A stretch of 63,857 nt of DNA, the filler included, from Olpidium bornovanus S191 (lineage: Eukaryota; Fungi; Olpidiomycota): assembly GCA_017911155.1 (NCBI GenBank). It is 30 parts of 30 records of this genome, joined end to end, with 100 filler letters (N's around TTAATTAATTAA, not from the genome) between each part and the next. Parts side by side here need not be neighbours in the genome. Positions count along the whole stretch, not along the records: positions 1 to 3,027 come from JAEFCI010001019.1; positions 3,128 to 9,570 come from JAEFCI010007471.1; positions 9,671 to 13,478 come from JAEFCI010003635.1; 27 more parts are not named here. The stretch is one strand, 5' to 3'. Shown here piece by piece: positions 1-12,483 of the stretch. A program made the translations under genes and the position numbers. The notes beneath the pieces were generated by a model. That model did no database searches and was not told the origin of the DNA. It saw only the letters and a list, made by a program, of their open reading frames with translations. How positions within the stretch are numbered: the stretch's first letter is position 1; every line of letters starts with the position of its first letter.

Positions 1-1332
1 CGAGTGACCCTGGCGTTGTTGGCCGTAGCGTCGAGCTTTCTTCTCGAGGAAAGATCATTTGCTTATTTACATAAGAAAAGGTGCGGGGCCCTTGGTCTTT
101 GGTCGTTCCCCTGGAGTCATGAACGAATATGATTTGAACACTGAAATCGTCCCGGAGCCAAACGTGGTTAATATCGTAATTTCCATTCCGCACTAACCAT
201 AATCAGTTCGCCAATCCATCTTCGTTCCTGCTGGGTGTCGCTTTTCAAGACTTCCAATTTTTTTTCGGCAAAGAACACCATCAAGCACCTCGCGTTCACG
301 AAGGGGGCTGCTGCGGCCGTGGCTAACCTAAGCCCAGAAGCCCTGGTCCCTGTCTCCCTTGTGCTTGTTCTTGGCTCTTCGCATTTCGGCTGTGACAGCG
401 GTGAACGTGTTGACACCATCGTTTTCAGGACGGCCGGGAACCGGAAACTGCGTACTAGTCGGCGAGAGTGGTGAAGTCAGGGACGTCCAGGCGGCGGTCC
501 TATCTCAGCCGTCCGCAGTCACCACAAACAAGAAAACGCTCTTCAAGCGACTGCCGCTTCCTTTACAGAAACTGATGGGTCCTTTTGGTGGTTTAGTTTC
601 TCGTAAATGGAGCTAATTTCAAAATGTATCATATCTGAACGAGTTGTAATTGGATTTGGATGGAATTAGGTATATTAGGACTGTCTTGTCATGTTCTCTA
701 TAGAACACTTTGTTTCAATTATGACAAATCCGAAATAGGCGGCTGGAAATAACCCATGCTAAGCACAACTCGGTTAACGCGTACACAGACGCCAGGAACG
801 CGCGGAATTTCTCAAACCGGGGGGCCAGACTCAGATGATGCTGAGCTGATGACGTTCGGTGAGGTAGTGGTGGGGAGGGGCGGTGTGGGTTGTGGGTTGT
901 GCGGGGCGTGGGGATTTCCCCTTTCGGCCGGCCGGAGGGCGCGCGTGGGATTCTCCCCACCACCCAAGAAATTTTTCTCTAACAACAAAAAAAAAAAAAA
1001 AAAAAACACGTGAAAAGGGGTCTAACCAAAACCCCCCACCCACGCCGCGGCAGCGCACGTTCACGCAAGCAAAAAAAAAAAAGAGATTGAAGGAAAAATA
1101 GAAAGAACCGCCTTTTTCGCAGTCAGGAGGAGCACGCTCGCCCCTGCGGGCCGGCCCGAAAGCAGGCCCCCCCATCGTCTCGTCCAGGAGAGCCAGGGCA
1201 CCTAGCGAGACCGTCCCGTTCTTACGCCATCGGTAGAAACCCGCACACATACACAGACACCCACACATCTCGCGGCAATACGTCATCTCCCCACGTCCCT
1301 CTCCCACTTCCCCATTCCAAAAAAAAAAAGAA

Positions 1333-2642
1333 ATGGCGCCAGCTCAAGGTCGCTCCTCTGTTTCGAGGCCAGTGCTCCCTCCCCTGGATCGGCGCCCGCC
1401 GCCCACCGGCTTGTTCACCATCGACACTCCCTACTTCCATGCTCCGAGGGGATTTTCGCCTACCGCTTTAGACGTAAGGACCTCCGGCATCCCTCCCGCC
1501 CCCCTCCACCCCCCTCTCCCTTCGGCGATGAACTGCGTTCCATCAGAATAAGCTCAAAAGCCCGGCGAATTCGTTTTCTCCAGGATGTGGCGGCATCGTC
1601 CGCTCTGCCGCCCCGGCCCCCGCGTCAACCCACGCAAGGCAACTCCACGAGCGCTGTTCGCGTAGGCCGCCCCCGGGTTCCCCCTCTCCACTGTTACCGA
1701 CCTTCGCAACGGCGTCCTCACCTCGATAGCCATCAATTATTTTTTGTTTTACAGGGCACGGCGCCGCCGACGGTTGCTGCCAGACCCATCCATCACTCAC
1801 CTCTTGGAACCAATCTGCGAAATGTGCGCGTACGTTTTCCCCCGGGGGGGAGGAGGGGGGATGGCGGGGTCCGGGGATGGGGCGCAGTGGTTCTGGTCTC
1901 TTCTGACCCTGTCAGCATTACCGTCCCCGTTTTTACGCAAATTCCAGGGGAACTCCGAGGTGGGCGGGCTATTCGCCTACGACGACAGGGGATGCAATAC
2001 CACCGCGGGATGGACGCTCAATGCGCCGCCGCCCCAGCGCAAGAACAGGTCGTCCGAACGCAATTGGTACGACGCGTTAGTGCAGGCGGGCACCGAGCGG
2101 GAGGCCGCCGCGAGGGGACAGCGGGCGGACGTCGAGCGCCGCGTCTGCGGCGGAGCGAAACGCGGAAAGCTAAACGTGAGCGTCTGGGCCCGGGCGAGCT
2201 CGTGGAACTTCCCGGTTTGTCCGCAACTTTTTTTTTTTCAGCACCCTGACACAAAAAGCTTCCCGCCCCGGTTTTCCCATCCCACAAGTACACTTTCCCC
2301 CAGCCGGCAAGAGTTGACCAAGGCACCGTCCTCCGGCAGAAGTATATCGAGGCCGAGCGCAGGAGGGCGCTGGATACGTTCCTGCAGCTGTTCAGGGGAT
2401 ACCAGGACACGCTGGCCAAGAAACGCAAGCGGGACCTCGACGGAGACGACGACGACGACAGCGACGAGATCGGCCGGAAAGTGCGCCGGACTTCGCCGCC
2501 CTCCGCCGGCAAAACGTGCAACGGACGCCCCGCGTGCGCCCGGCCGAAGGAGGCGGCATGCCAGCAGAGGCAGCGTCCGCTCGGTGGGGCCGGTACCGTT
2601 TCGAAGGACTCGAAATCCGCCGACGAAGGGAGCGCGCTGTGA
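1333..2642 (+). CDS. Hypothetical multi-exon protein, family not recognised; start uncertain
   Basis: GT..AG introns (GTAAGG 1473, GTACGT ~1830, GTGAGC ~2176). The last exon from 2304 reads QGTVLRQKYIEAERRRALDTFLQLFRGYQDTLAKKRKRDLDGDDDDD to TGA 2640-2642. Confidence 0.35.
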
Positions 2643-3027
2643 TGCGGCGGGCCGGGTCCACGCAAAACACGGGGCACCAACTTCTTGCCACGCCGTGCGC
2701 ACCCGATTGCGGCTGATATGTTAGCAGCCACATGTGTAGCCTCCTTCCTATCTTAGCTGCAGAAGACAACAGATCACCATCGAAAGACCAACCACCTCAT
2801 CTTCATTCCACCTCTCGGCAAACAGTTTCAGCGGCATCATCACCGGATGCATACACCCACCCTCCCCCCCCATCAAGCACTCGTTTTTTTTTTCGCCGTG
2901 CCACCGGCATGATCACCCCCCGGTACGGGATCCCGATCATCACGAGTATTCTTTTTCAAATCACACACCCATCAATAAACCATTAACAGGTTCTGGCGCT
3001 CACTTTTTTTTAATTTTTTTTTTCCCC

Positions 3028-3127
3028 NNNNNNNNNNNNNNNNNNNNNNNNNNNNNNNNNNNNNNNNNNNNTTAATTAATTAANNNNNNNNNNNNNNNNN
3101 NNNNNNNNNNNNNNNNNNNNNNNNNNN
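3028..3127. other. Artificial contig spacer (first of 29): N44-TTAATTAATTAA-N44
   Basis: The same 100-nt block recurs 29 times. TTAATTAATTAA puts stops in all six frames and explains the LIN/XXXX strings in the ORF track. Confidence 0.99.
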
Positions 3128-4634
3128 CATGCAGCTTACTCGGTTTGTTTCGCCGTTGTGGTTCTCCCGAAATAATCAAACCCGATGTCGAACCACTCAT
3201 ACGTTTCCTTGTGGATCGCGTAAAACTTGTCACAGAGCTCCTGACACGATACGTTCTCCTCGAGCGCTTTTGTTTCGGTTGCCGTGCCATACTCGTCCGT
3301 GCCGCAAATATAAAGAACGTTCATTCCCTTCCTCAACCGGTTGTACCTGTGGACGTTGCGTGAGCACAATGTCAGAGAGCTCATACGGACCGCCGCGTTA
3401 TACATACGTACCCGGTTCGTCGGTCTCACCTCGCGAACACGTCCGCACTCAGCGTGGAGCCAATAATGTTGCCAAGGTGAGGAACGTTGTTTACGTATGG
3501 GAGAGCGCTCGTAACGAGGACGTTCTGCTTATCGTTTGATGGCAACCTGCGGATTTTCCGAAGAACAAGATGAGTCGGTCGAAACTTGACTTCGCCCGCC
3601 AGTAAACAATGAGAAACAATAATAATGAAAAAGAGGAAACGCACTTCACAGATCCCGGGAAAGGCGTTTCCGCCACCGCCGACGGGTGCACTTTCCGCCC
3701 AGCGACGAGCTCCGGTGCGACCACTGGGGAAGGCTTCTTTCCCGGAACAAGGCCCTCCGCCTTTTCTACGCCGGCGCAAACCCTCCTGTCCGCAGCAACC
3801 TTGGCAAACCATGCGGAAAGTTTCGTGTACTTTCTGCTATCCAGGATGCAAGGCGAGCTTCTGACAACAACAGGGTACAAGATAGCAAACAGAATGACGT
3901 CCACGGGGCTCAGCTTCTCCTGCAAAATGAACCGAGTGTAAGTATCACTTTGGATTAAAGTAAGACAGAAGTCTAAAAAGGCCGCGCACATCTTGTGTAA
4001 ATGCATCTGCGCGCTTCTCCGCTTCCGCCAGAGCGGTCTCCACCGTAGCCTTGTCCACCACTGCTTTCTGCAAATAAAAGTTTGCCCATTCGATGACTGC
4101 GTTCTGTTTTGACTCCTCGTCAGGCAGCGGCAGCTTGTCCTTGGCTCTTAGCAAGTACCTGCAACATTTGGCCAAAGACGAGTTAGGCAGTTACTCATCG
4201 CGGGCCGGCCGGCCGTCATTCAAGGGCTTCGCGCGTTAAATTAAGAATTTACCGGACAGCAGCGTCCGCTTCGAAGAAAACCTGGTTCGTCTTCACTACC
4301 TCCAGCAGCGGGCGGCTCCCATAGCAAGATAGATCTACGGGCAAAAGGCCAAAGAAGCAGAATGGGCCATTACGCAATGCAGAAATTCTCAGTAACTTTT
4401 GCCGTCATGAGTGCACGCGAGCAGCACCGGAGCATCTACACGCAAGTGTCAACGCCCAATTATCCGCGGTGTCTGGCGTAAAAACTCACGCTCTGTTTGG
4501 GGCGACAGCTCCGAAGCGACCTGAGGATTGTACCCCGCGACCCACCCGGCGACGAGCAGCTTGAGCGCGGCCACGAACTGCGGCGTATCGCCGGGCGCGC
4601 ACGACCGGGCCACTACTCTTACTGCCGACGCCAT
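3128..4634 (-). CDS. MES1: Cytoplasmic methionyl-tRNA synthetase, 5' part (GST-like N-domain and start of the Rossmann fold); 3' partial
   Basis: Exons encode [31 protein letters not shown] (HIGH-type HLGN) and [19 protein letters not shown]. Upstream exons MASAVRVV.. and [20 protein letters not shown]|YLL fit a GST-like extension. Confidence 0.95.
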
Positions 4635-5039
4635 ATGCTGAGCAACGTTGGCCGGCCCTGAATGTCGTGGGCAGCGCGGGCTGGGAAGGCGAACTGTTCG
4701 GCGGGCGGCGGGTGGAGTGGCGTGCACGTGACCGAACGTGCCTGGCTCTGAAAAGGGAGGGCGAGCCGGCACAACCAAGGGTCACCCCAGATAAATTGAC
4801 AACATAGGCCAAGTTTCCAGGATCCAAACCGAACGACAAAGGCCGCCGGTGTCACTCTCTGCCATGCTGTTGGTCGACAGCTGCGGAAGGTGAAGCGACA
4901 AAGGGGGCCAGCCGTCATGGAGCGTTTGAGCTGCCTTATTCTCTACGCTCGAACGTCTTGTTAACCAGTAAACGAGGCGTGCGACGCTCCACGTAGACGG
5001 TGTGGAGGTTTCCAACTTGCGGCCGCTCGCAGTGTTACC

Positions 5040-5285
5040 TACCAATGGCTCTTGATGGCCTTTCGGAACCGTCACGTCCAGATCGTCGCAAAGCTGCTCA
5101 AAGACGGATGCGCAGAACTTGCAGCATGTGTGCTCGAATGTTCGTCTTTGCTTCTGAGAATGGTTATATATCGGGATTGTCAGAATGTTATCGGAAATGG
5201 CCGTGCAGGTCTTCCAGCAGGGATTGTGGAGCGTTCGTTGCGGCTTCGAAAACCGGACGCATCGGGATCGTCGGTTGGGGATAGG
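5040..5285 (+). pseudogene. Degenerate short ankyrin-like repeats (three, frameshifted)
   Basis: LMAFRNRHVQIVAKLLKDG, FASENGY/IGIVRML and FVAASKTGRIGIV recur at ~90-nt spacing in shifting frames, ending in a stop. Confidence 0.35.
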
Positions 5286-6219
5286 CGAGACAACGAGAGC
5301 TCGGTCACCCCTGTTCTCGCTCGCTGGTAGCCTGGTCCCTGAGCCGTGACAAACGTGTCGCAAATCCGCTCTTCGTCGCCTCTACACCGTATCACCACAT
5401 ATCTCGGCGCGTGGGATACCTTGGGAAACAAAACGTACCGATGCGCTCCTCGGCACGTGAACGTTTCGCGGCTACCCCTCCGTCAAATTCTCATCGAAGT
5501 CTGTTGGTTGTTGGAGGGAAGGGGGAGAAGGGAATTCCTTTTGCGGACAACTTAGTTTTGGAACGGGAGGAAATCTCTTTTTCCTTCGCTGATTCTGCCA
5601 AGCCCGAGGCTTTCTCTTCGTCGTTTGCCTCATCTGATGCCCGCACCGAGGTCATCGTCGTTGCAGGTGGATTGACTTCACATATTTTTTATCATGCGAG
5701 GTAGATTTCAGGCTTTCATCACATTGATATCTACTGATTTCAGTTGCGTACTACCTACTGCACCACCACGCATCCCGAGGTAACCATAAAATGTTGATGC
5801 ACAACATACGGCGCCAAAAATAAATGTGTATCTGAGAAACTATCCGTTAGCGGGCGGAGCGATATAAGTGAGCTCCATGTCCATCACGTGCTTGATGAAT
5901 TTATGTGAAAAATAGGAGGAAAGAAAAAACCAGAGCTGGCGCGCTTCGAGCCCGCCAATCGTACGTGCTGTTCTTTTTTTGTTGTGCCTTTTTTTTTCTC
6001 ATCCATTTATATATTTTCTTCTTAAAATTTTGGTTCGACGTCTGCCAGAACGCATAACGCTTGAGTACCCACCCACACACGGCCACTGTCACGTGACCCT
6101 GCGTGGTTCGCTGTCGCTGGCCGGGCGTCCTCATATCTTATTCCTTGCCCTCCATTTTGGCGCCACTGGGAAGTTTCCGGTCCACAAAGCTCGGGGAGCG
6201 CGAACGAAACGAAAGAAAG

Positions 6220-7293
6220 ATGCAGTTCGCCGCCTGTCCCGTTCGCCTCGCCGCGGATGCCCCCCGAATGTTGGCTTCGGCGGTCGCCTGCGCTCTGCCG
6301 CTGCTGTCCGTGGCCGCCGCGCAGGACGGCGGCGCGGCGGCAGCGGCGGTAGCCGACGCGGTGAACGTGTCGGTCTCCTCCGGGGTCGTCGGTGTGATCT
6401 GCATACTGTTCGGGCTCCTGTTCTGCTTTTTCGTAAGTCCGAACTTTTTCTCGTTTCGCTCCGGGTGGCCGCAGCCTGGTCTTTTCTTTCTAAAAAGACA
6501 TTAACAACATTTGGCGTTTGCGCGCAGGGTACTTCGATGTGGCGCATCACGCTGTTCGTCGCCGGGTTTTTTTTCTCGTTCGTGTTCGTGTACGGGATAC
6601 TTCTCAATCTTGAGGGACCGCTTGCCGGAGGGAGCTACGGCCCGAACCGAGACTGGATTATTTTCGGTGTGTCCATCGCCGGTGGACTGCTGGGCGCGTG
6701 CATCGCCGGATGGTGAGACTCGTTTTTGTGCCCGCCCAGTCTTTTTTTTTTTTTTTTTTGTTGTTTCTTGCGGTCGTCGGTGAATTTTCCCGGCTTACCG
6801 GCCGTCGGGACATCTCCGATCCCCCCGTAGCCTCTACAAAATCGGCATTTTCTTGATGGGAGCAGTGGGCGGGTTCCTCCTCGCCACCTGGATCGTGTCT
6901 TTCCTGGCCGGCGACGCGATAACCTCAGGCAGCGGGCGGGTCGCCTTCATCCTCGGCTTGGCGGTCGTGTTCGGCGTGCTGGCGTTGTTCGTTGAGAAGC
7001 ACATCGTCATCTTCGCCACGGCCTACGCGGGAGCATACGAGGTCGTGTACGGTATCGACCAATTTGTCGGCTCCGGGTTCAGCTCCGCCGCCGACGCCGC
7101 CCTCACGGACGTCAGGAGCAACGCGTCCTTGGACGGAGCTGTCGCGGGGCTGAGGAATGCCAAGTTCGCGAAACCCGGCGTGGCCTACGGCCTTGTGGTG
7201 GGGATGTTCGTGCTCGCGCTGCTTGGCATGGTCGTGCAGTACCGGCGTTACAGGCCGTTCGGCGGAAAGAGTTCCAAGTCCGGAAGCGTGTGA
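6220..7293 (+). CDS. TM7S3/TM198-like (DUF4203) multi-pass membrane protein, 3 exons, complete
   Basis: Signal-like N-terminus, then GVICILFGLLFCFF|GTSMWRITLFVAGF, IGIFLMGAVGGFLL, HIVIFATAYAGAYEVVYGIDQF and LGMVVQY. Canonical introns ~6433-6527 and ~6713-6830. Confidence 0.85.
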
Positions 7294-9498
7294 GGCAAGT
7301 TGCCCCCCGCAGCATGAACGTATCCTGCGTCCCCGCCCACCAACACACTTTTGAGAAGTTCCCAGCCGTGCATCCATCGGGTCTGGCCCCTGCCAAGATT
7401 CATGCTGTTTCTTATTTAAAGGGCTGCATCCCTTGAGTTCCATCTAGGCTCCCTGCGGAGCCCTGCTATTATATGTAACGAACCGCCCCTTCGCCATGGC
7501 CGTCAACCGCTTGGACGAGTGGCGACATTGCACTGCAACATTGTTTTTTTCTTTTTGCAACTCATCATATTCGCTGAGAGGCAATGTAAGAAATTGGTCG
7601 CCATAACGCTGGAGACTGTTCATTTTCGGCGACCCGCATGAACACATTTCAGGAGAGTCCCTGTCGAAGGTTTGCGTTCGGCATATCGCGTTAGGTCCGG
7701 TTCGAAGGAAAAAAAGTATGCGTACTTTTCCACTCATAGTCTGTTCATTCGCATAATTAGCTTGCATATGCAGTCCGCATATTCAGTGAATTTGGGAATG
7801 GCATTCAAACGAAGATGTGCAGTTCCTTTTGAAATAATTATATCGTTCCCCGATTTTGGGTGAAAGGGGTGACAGTAACTCGGAGGCCGGGGGAAGTTCT
7901 TTGGAAAGTTTGTGCTGCGACAATGAGACGGTGGAGACGAATGGATATACGAGGGCGGAAGATGCGTGAAAGCGGATGTTCGCAGAATATGAAACCTTTT
8001 TTTACGATAAGCCGTAAAAACCGAGCCCTTCGCAGATTTGGAAGGAATAACAAGCGGACAGAACAAAGTAAGTGCCGGAAAGAGCGGGTTGGGACACGTG
8101 GAGCGCTCTCGTTGTTGCTGATACGGCGGCGGCAAAGACGACTGGAGAGCGGCAACTAAAAACTACCGACGCTCTCCGCGAAAAAAAACGAAAAATCTAG
8201 CGCAGGCAATTCCCTTCCTCTGTGAAGCCGATTGATCCGGAATTCCAACTTCCATACTGGCTTCCCCTGGCGCAGGAGTATCCGGCCCATCCCGGAAATC
8301 GGCTCATCGTGCACGCCGGCGTTTCCGACCAAACGAAAATCGCACATATCTGGCCGGCTGTGTTGTGGCATCCGCGGGACCTGTCGTAGCGTCGCGGCTT
8401 GCAACAACGTGCCTTGGCGAAAAGTGCAGTCGCGATCGACCACTGCCAAGGGAGGTTCAAACAGGTGGGAGGCAATCGCAGCTTCCGTTTCACAGAGACA
8501 CCGGGCCGTCAAACACGCGGAAAAGGTAGTGAGCGATGAGGATGACGCCGGTCCATGCGAGAACCTGCGACGAACATGCTTGGGACGCCCAGCGCCGGGT
8601 CGAGGGGAAGCGCGGGTCTTTGTCCTGAAACGGCGAAAATTGGGCAAGGGAGCAGCGGGCGTAAGGCGGTTCAGGCGGTCAGTAAAAGTAAACAAGGAGC
8701 GACAGACTCAAAACTCCCTCGCCGCGTTCAGAGAGCCGGCGCTCTGGGATACGGCAGCCGGCCAGGAAACAAACTGAACGGGCACCACTCACAATGCTGA
8801 CCACCCTCCGCGTTCCTGTTTCGGTCGCCCAGCCGTTCGGATATACGAACGACGAGGCCCACGTCCCGCGTCCGTCGGCTTTGCCCTTGCGGCGAAACAG
8901 AAACGGAGCCGCCGGTCGATAAGTGAGGAGCGCGTCTTGGCCAGCAAAGGACGCCCGTTTGCGCCTGCCAAGAGCGATACAGCCGCGTGCGCGCGCGCTA
9001 GCGCGGGAGTCGACAAGCTGCTGCTCCTCCAGAAGGATGCCCGCAGCGGATCGTTCCGGTCGGCACACGGGCCCACCGTCTGGATCAGGGTTTCCTCCGT
9101 CCGCGCGCGCCGCCTCCGGGAAGAGACGCGTTCGCGCAACGGAGGCGTGGCAACGGCAGGTGGTCGACAAGCGGGGCAATATCCTCCTCGTCCCGAGCTC
9201 TCGTGCGCCGCCGTGTCGCCACCGCGTGTTTCTCTCTCACCTTGGCCGGAAACGGCTGGTACCTCAGCTTTGCGTCGAATACCACGGAGCCCATTTGGTT
9301 GCGGGACGCGGGCCGTGCGGGCGGGATATTCCCTTTCTTCGCCCGCGGAAGCGAAAGGCTCCGGGGGTCGGTGTTTCGGAGCGTTTTCGGCGAGTTGCTT
9401 GACTGGGGCCGGGCGAGGGGCGGCGGGGGGGGGAAGAGGGGGAAGCGGGGGGGACTGTTGTCGGGAACAAAGAGAGAGAAGAATACTATAGGTACCGG

Positions 9499-9535
<37 letters not shown>

Positions 9536-9670
9536 GCCGGGGGGGGGGGGGGGGGGGCCCGGGCCCCCCCNNNNNNNNNNNNNNNNNNNNNNNNNNNNNN
9601 NNNNNNNNNNNNNNTTAATTAATTAANNNNNNNNNNNNNNNNNNNNNNNNNNNNNNNNNNNNNNNNNNNN

Positions 9671-11727
9671 AACGCCACGGTACCCGTTCATCCCAGCCCG
9701 CAACAACGGCATTTTCCTCACCCTCGACAGCAAACGAATCCACCCTCCTCGACGCCAAGATGCCTTCGCGCAGCTTCCCTGTCGCAGCATGAAGTTCAAT
9801 CGTGGGATATCGCACCTCGACACTTCCCCTGGTAAAGCCAGTGCTTACGCATTGAATCGCTGAGAACGCAAGCCCGCCTGCGACGCTCGGCTTCGGAATT
9901 CCCGGTTGGCGCGCTGCATGATGCGCGGAATGATGCCAACTAGAATTCCGTGGATGTTAACGACAGGAACTGGCCGCAGGGCCACTTGGTCGCCATCGTA
10001 CTGTGCTGACCTCGTCCTTTATCCACGAAAACAGCTCCTCCTGAGTGTCATGATTAATCAAACTGCACATGTGAAATACTACGTCACGCCGAGTTTTCGC
10101 CGGACGGTGGGCACAACTTGTCTGTGGGCCTCGATAGTTCACTTACCTTTTATCACCATCTAAACCGCCCCTGCTGATGAGCCTGTGGGCCTCTCCGAGA
10201 CTTGAGGCTGATTTTGGCGATTTCATGACGCCGGTGAACGTGCGTGGGATGTTGCTATCTTTGGACAATTGGCCTCTTCGGGTTGCGGGCGACCAGGTCA
10301 ACGAGCGCGGCGACCCCCCAATCGTCGTCGTTTGGGGGCCAAGGTCGCCTCCGGGCAGCGACCCTGAATATCTTGGTCGCTGAGTTGACGTCCGCGAAGC
10401 TGGCTGACCGGAAGCGCCCATTGGTGCGGGTGAGACAACAGGACGGTAACATTGCCTCGATGCCTTCGGCAGCTCCCCCGTTAATCCCGCTTCGGTGGCA
10501 GAAGGACTCGCTGGAAGCTGTCCCGGAGGCGAAGGCGGAAAACGGCCAGCGGGCGACTTCTCGGGAACGGCAACAAATACCGGCTCCGTGATGTCTATTG
10601 GTTTTGCTCTTCCTGTCTTGGTCTCCAAATCCAGCAGTCGATTCGCGGCCGAGGAACCGGGACGCACGGAACTTTGGCCGTCTTCCTGCGCAGCAGAACG
10701 TTCTGTCGAATGGGAGGAATGACCAGTTGTCGCAGCAGAGAGCGGCAAATGCTGTTCTACTGTTTCCGATAAATTTGTGCGTGGATGGTCACGTTCGCCG
10801 TGTTCGGCAACAGCTGATATCGCTCCAGAGTCCGCCAGGACGTCACCAGGACGTCTCTGCGGAGTTGCGGTCAGGGCGATAGCGCCCTGAACTGGTCGAC
10901 TAGCTACTGAGGGTTTTGGGCGCTCGCGGATACTACTGTCTCCAACACATCTGTCTGCCGCCGACGACGCATGCTGGTGGCCATTTACGCCGCCAGTTCG
11001 GTCCGCCACCGCGGGCGCCCTAGGCGGCGGCGTTCTTTCCTACGCACCGCGACAGCGAGGTGGAGATGCCTGGCACGGTTATTCACCGAGAGAGCTGGTT
11101 CTGTCGGCGTCCGGGTTGTGCTCGTACTGCAAACGTTACCTTGGAGACACCCTCCGGACGGGAAGCCCGTCGGAAACTCGCGGCGCTGCTGCCCGGCCCG
11201 TCGCGTCCGTCGCCGTGCACGCCTGGTCGAACGCCGCCGCTTCCTCTCGGCCTCTCCAGACAAGCGTTGCCGCCCTCGTCCGAGTCGTGGTCGGGCGGTA
11301 GCGACATTCCGAATGCTGATAAATCCTCACTCCACCTGTGATCTTCACCAGTGCCAATTAAGGCAGGAGCGAAGCCGGCCGCCGGGGAATTTTTAGCGTT
11401 TTGCGTTCCCGCGGGGGGCGTATCAGGCTGGCCCGCAGGGACCGGAAACCGCCCGGAACTGCCGCGGCCGTTGTCACAATGCCTCACGGAGCGAGGGTTA
11501 GCCGGCGCCGACGCGGCGCGGGCGCGCGATTTCACGCTGGCTGCGGGACGCACGGCGGAAGCGGTCGCGCAGCCCGGCGCACGACAGACCGACGGGCTGC
11601 GCGATGCTTGCCGGAGAGACGTCTCCTCGGCCCGGCGGCGCCCAGGCCCAAACGACCTGCCGACACATTTATCGTAACAATGCAAAGCGCGGTGAACACG
11701 CCGCGGTGAAGTTGGTTGGTCAAGCAT
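9671..11727 (-). CDS. Hypothetical, largely disordered multi-exon protein; 3' partial
   Basis: A long S/P/A-rich exon (ORF 10143..11009) ends at a GTAAGT donor and is followed by spliceable exons SLINHDTQEELFSWIKDE and RANREFRSRASQAG. No family motif. Confidence 0.4.
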
Positions 11728-12009
11728 CTAAGTGATGCGAGGAGGGAAAGAGGGAGAGGGAGGGAAAGGGTCCGCGTTCGTCACCGCCGCTTCGGCGTTT
11801 CGCCATCTAAGGATTACCGACCCCGACCGCCCGGCGCCCCCCCGTGCGCCAAACACCCCCCCAACCGCGCCAACAACTTCCGCGGCCTGTAGTCCTTCCT
11901 GTTCGTATTACGCGTGCAGACACTTCCACTTCTGGAACCTGGAACCAAATCTAATCCAGCATCAAATCCAGCATCAAATAAGTTTATTTTCGTTACGCCT
12001 CGCGCTTCG

Positions 12010-12480
12010 ATGCCCTCGCCGCGCCGTCGGCGCCGCCGCTCACGCGGCCTGGGAGGTACTCCCGCCCCGCCTGCAACGACAGACGTGTTGTCTTTTGCGC
12101 CCGCTGTTGCACCGGTCGCGGCTCCTCTGCCTGTTGACGACGCCGTCGCTGTTCCGGCCGTCAACCCTGTCAATGCGACCGTCTCTTCGCTTATCGATGC
12201 CGCCGCCTTTGCTCTCCCCGCGTCACCATCTCTCGGTGCACACATGAGTATAAGCCCTCTACCGGTCACGGTACCATACATCGTGCCTGAACCGGCTGGG
12301 CTCGACGCCAGTTTTCACGCCCCAAACCGTTCGGGCCTGTCTGCTGAGCAAACCGCTGCTGAGCTTATTCTTTGTCAGCAGAAGGAAGCCGGCTTCGCCG
12401 AGTGGCGCGCCTCCACCGTTTGTCGTGTCGGTGAAGACGTCGCGGCCCGTCTGTTCGCTGATGTTGCTCTCGATTCGCGC
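12010..12480 (+). CDS. Orphan A/P-rich ORF, possibly transposon-derived, abutting the copia integrase in antisense
   Basis: MPSPRRRRRRSRG..ELILCQQKEAGFAEW..; many T-ending codons, unlike the host genes. It runs into copia-derived sequence at a CATG (12480-12483). Confidence 0.3.
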
Positions 12481-12483
12481 ATG

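Noticed and set aside
168-330. PH-domain-like C-terminal helix (SDTQQERRWIGEL)
   Set aside because: Splice signals suggest most of the segment is intronic and the short exon is read in another frame.
3072-3083. TTAATTAATTAA palindrome repeated 29 times like a regulatory or CRISPR repeat
   Set aside because: Always centred in N runs of fixed length; it is an assembly linker.
8490-9294. Small membrane-protein gene ending VLAWTGVILIAHYLFRVFDGPVSL*
   Set aside because: A plausible last exon, but I could not build a consistent upstream model or assign a family.
11888-11997. Possible solo LTR (TGTAGT..TTCGTTAC) before the orphan ORF
   Set aside because: No CA end, TSD or PBS could be identified.
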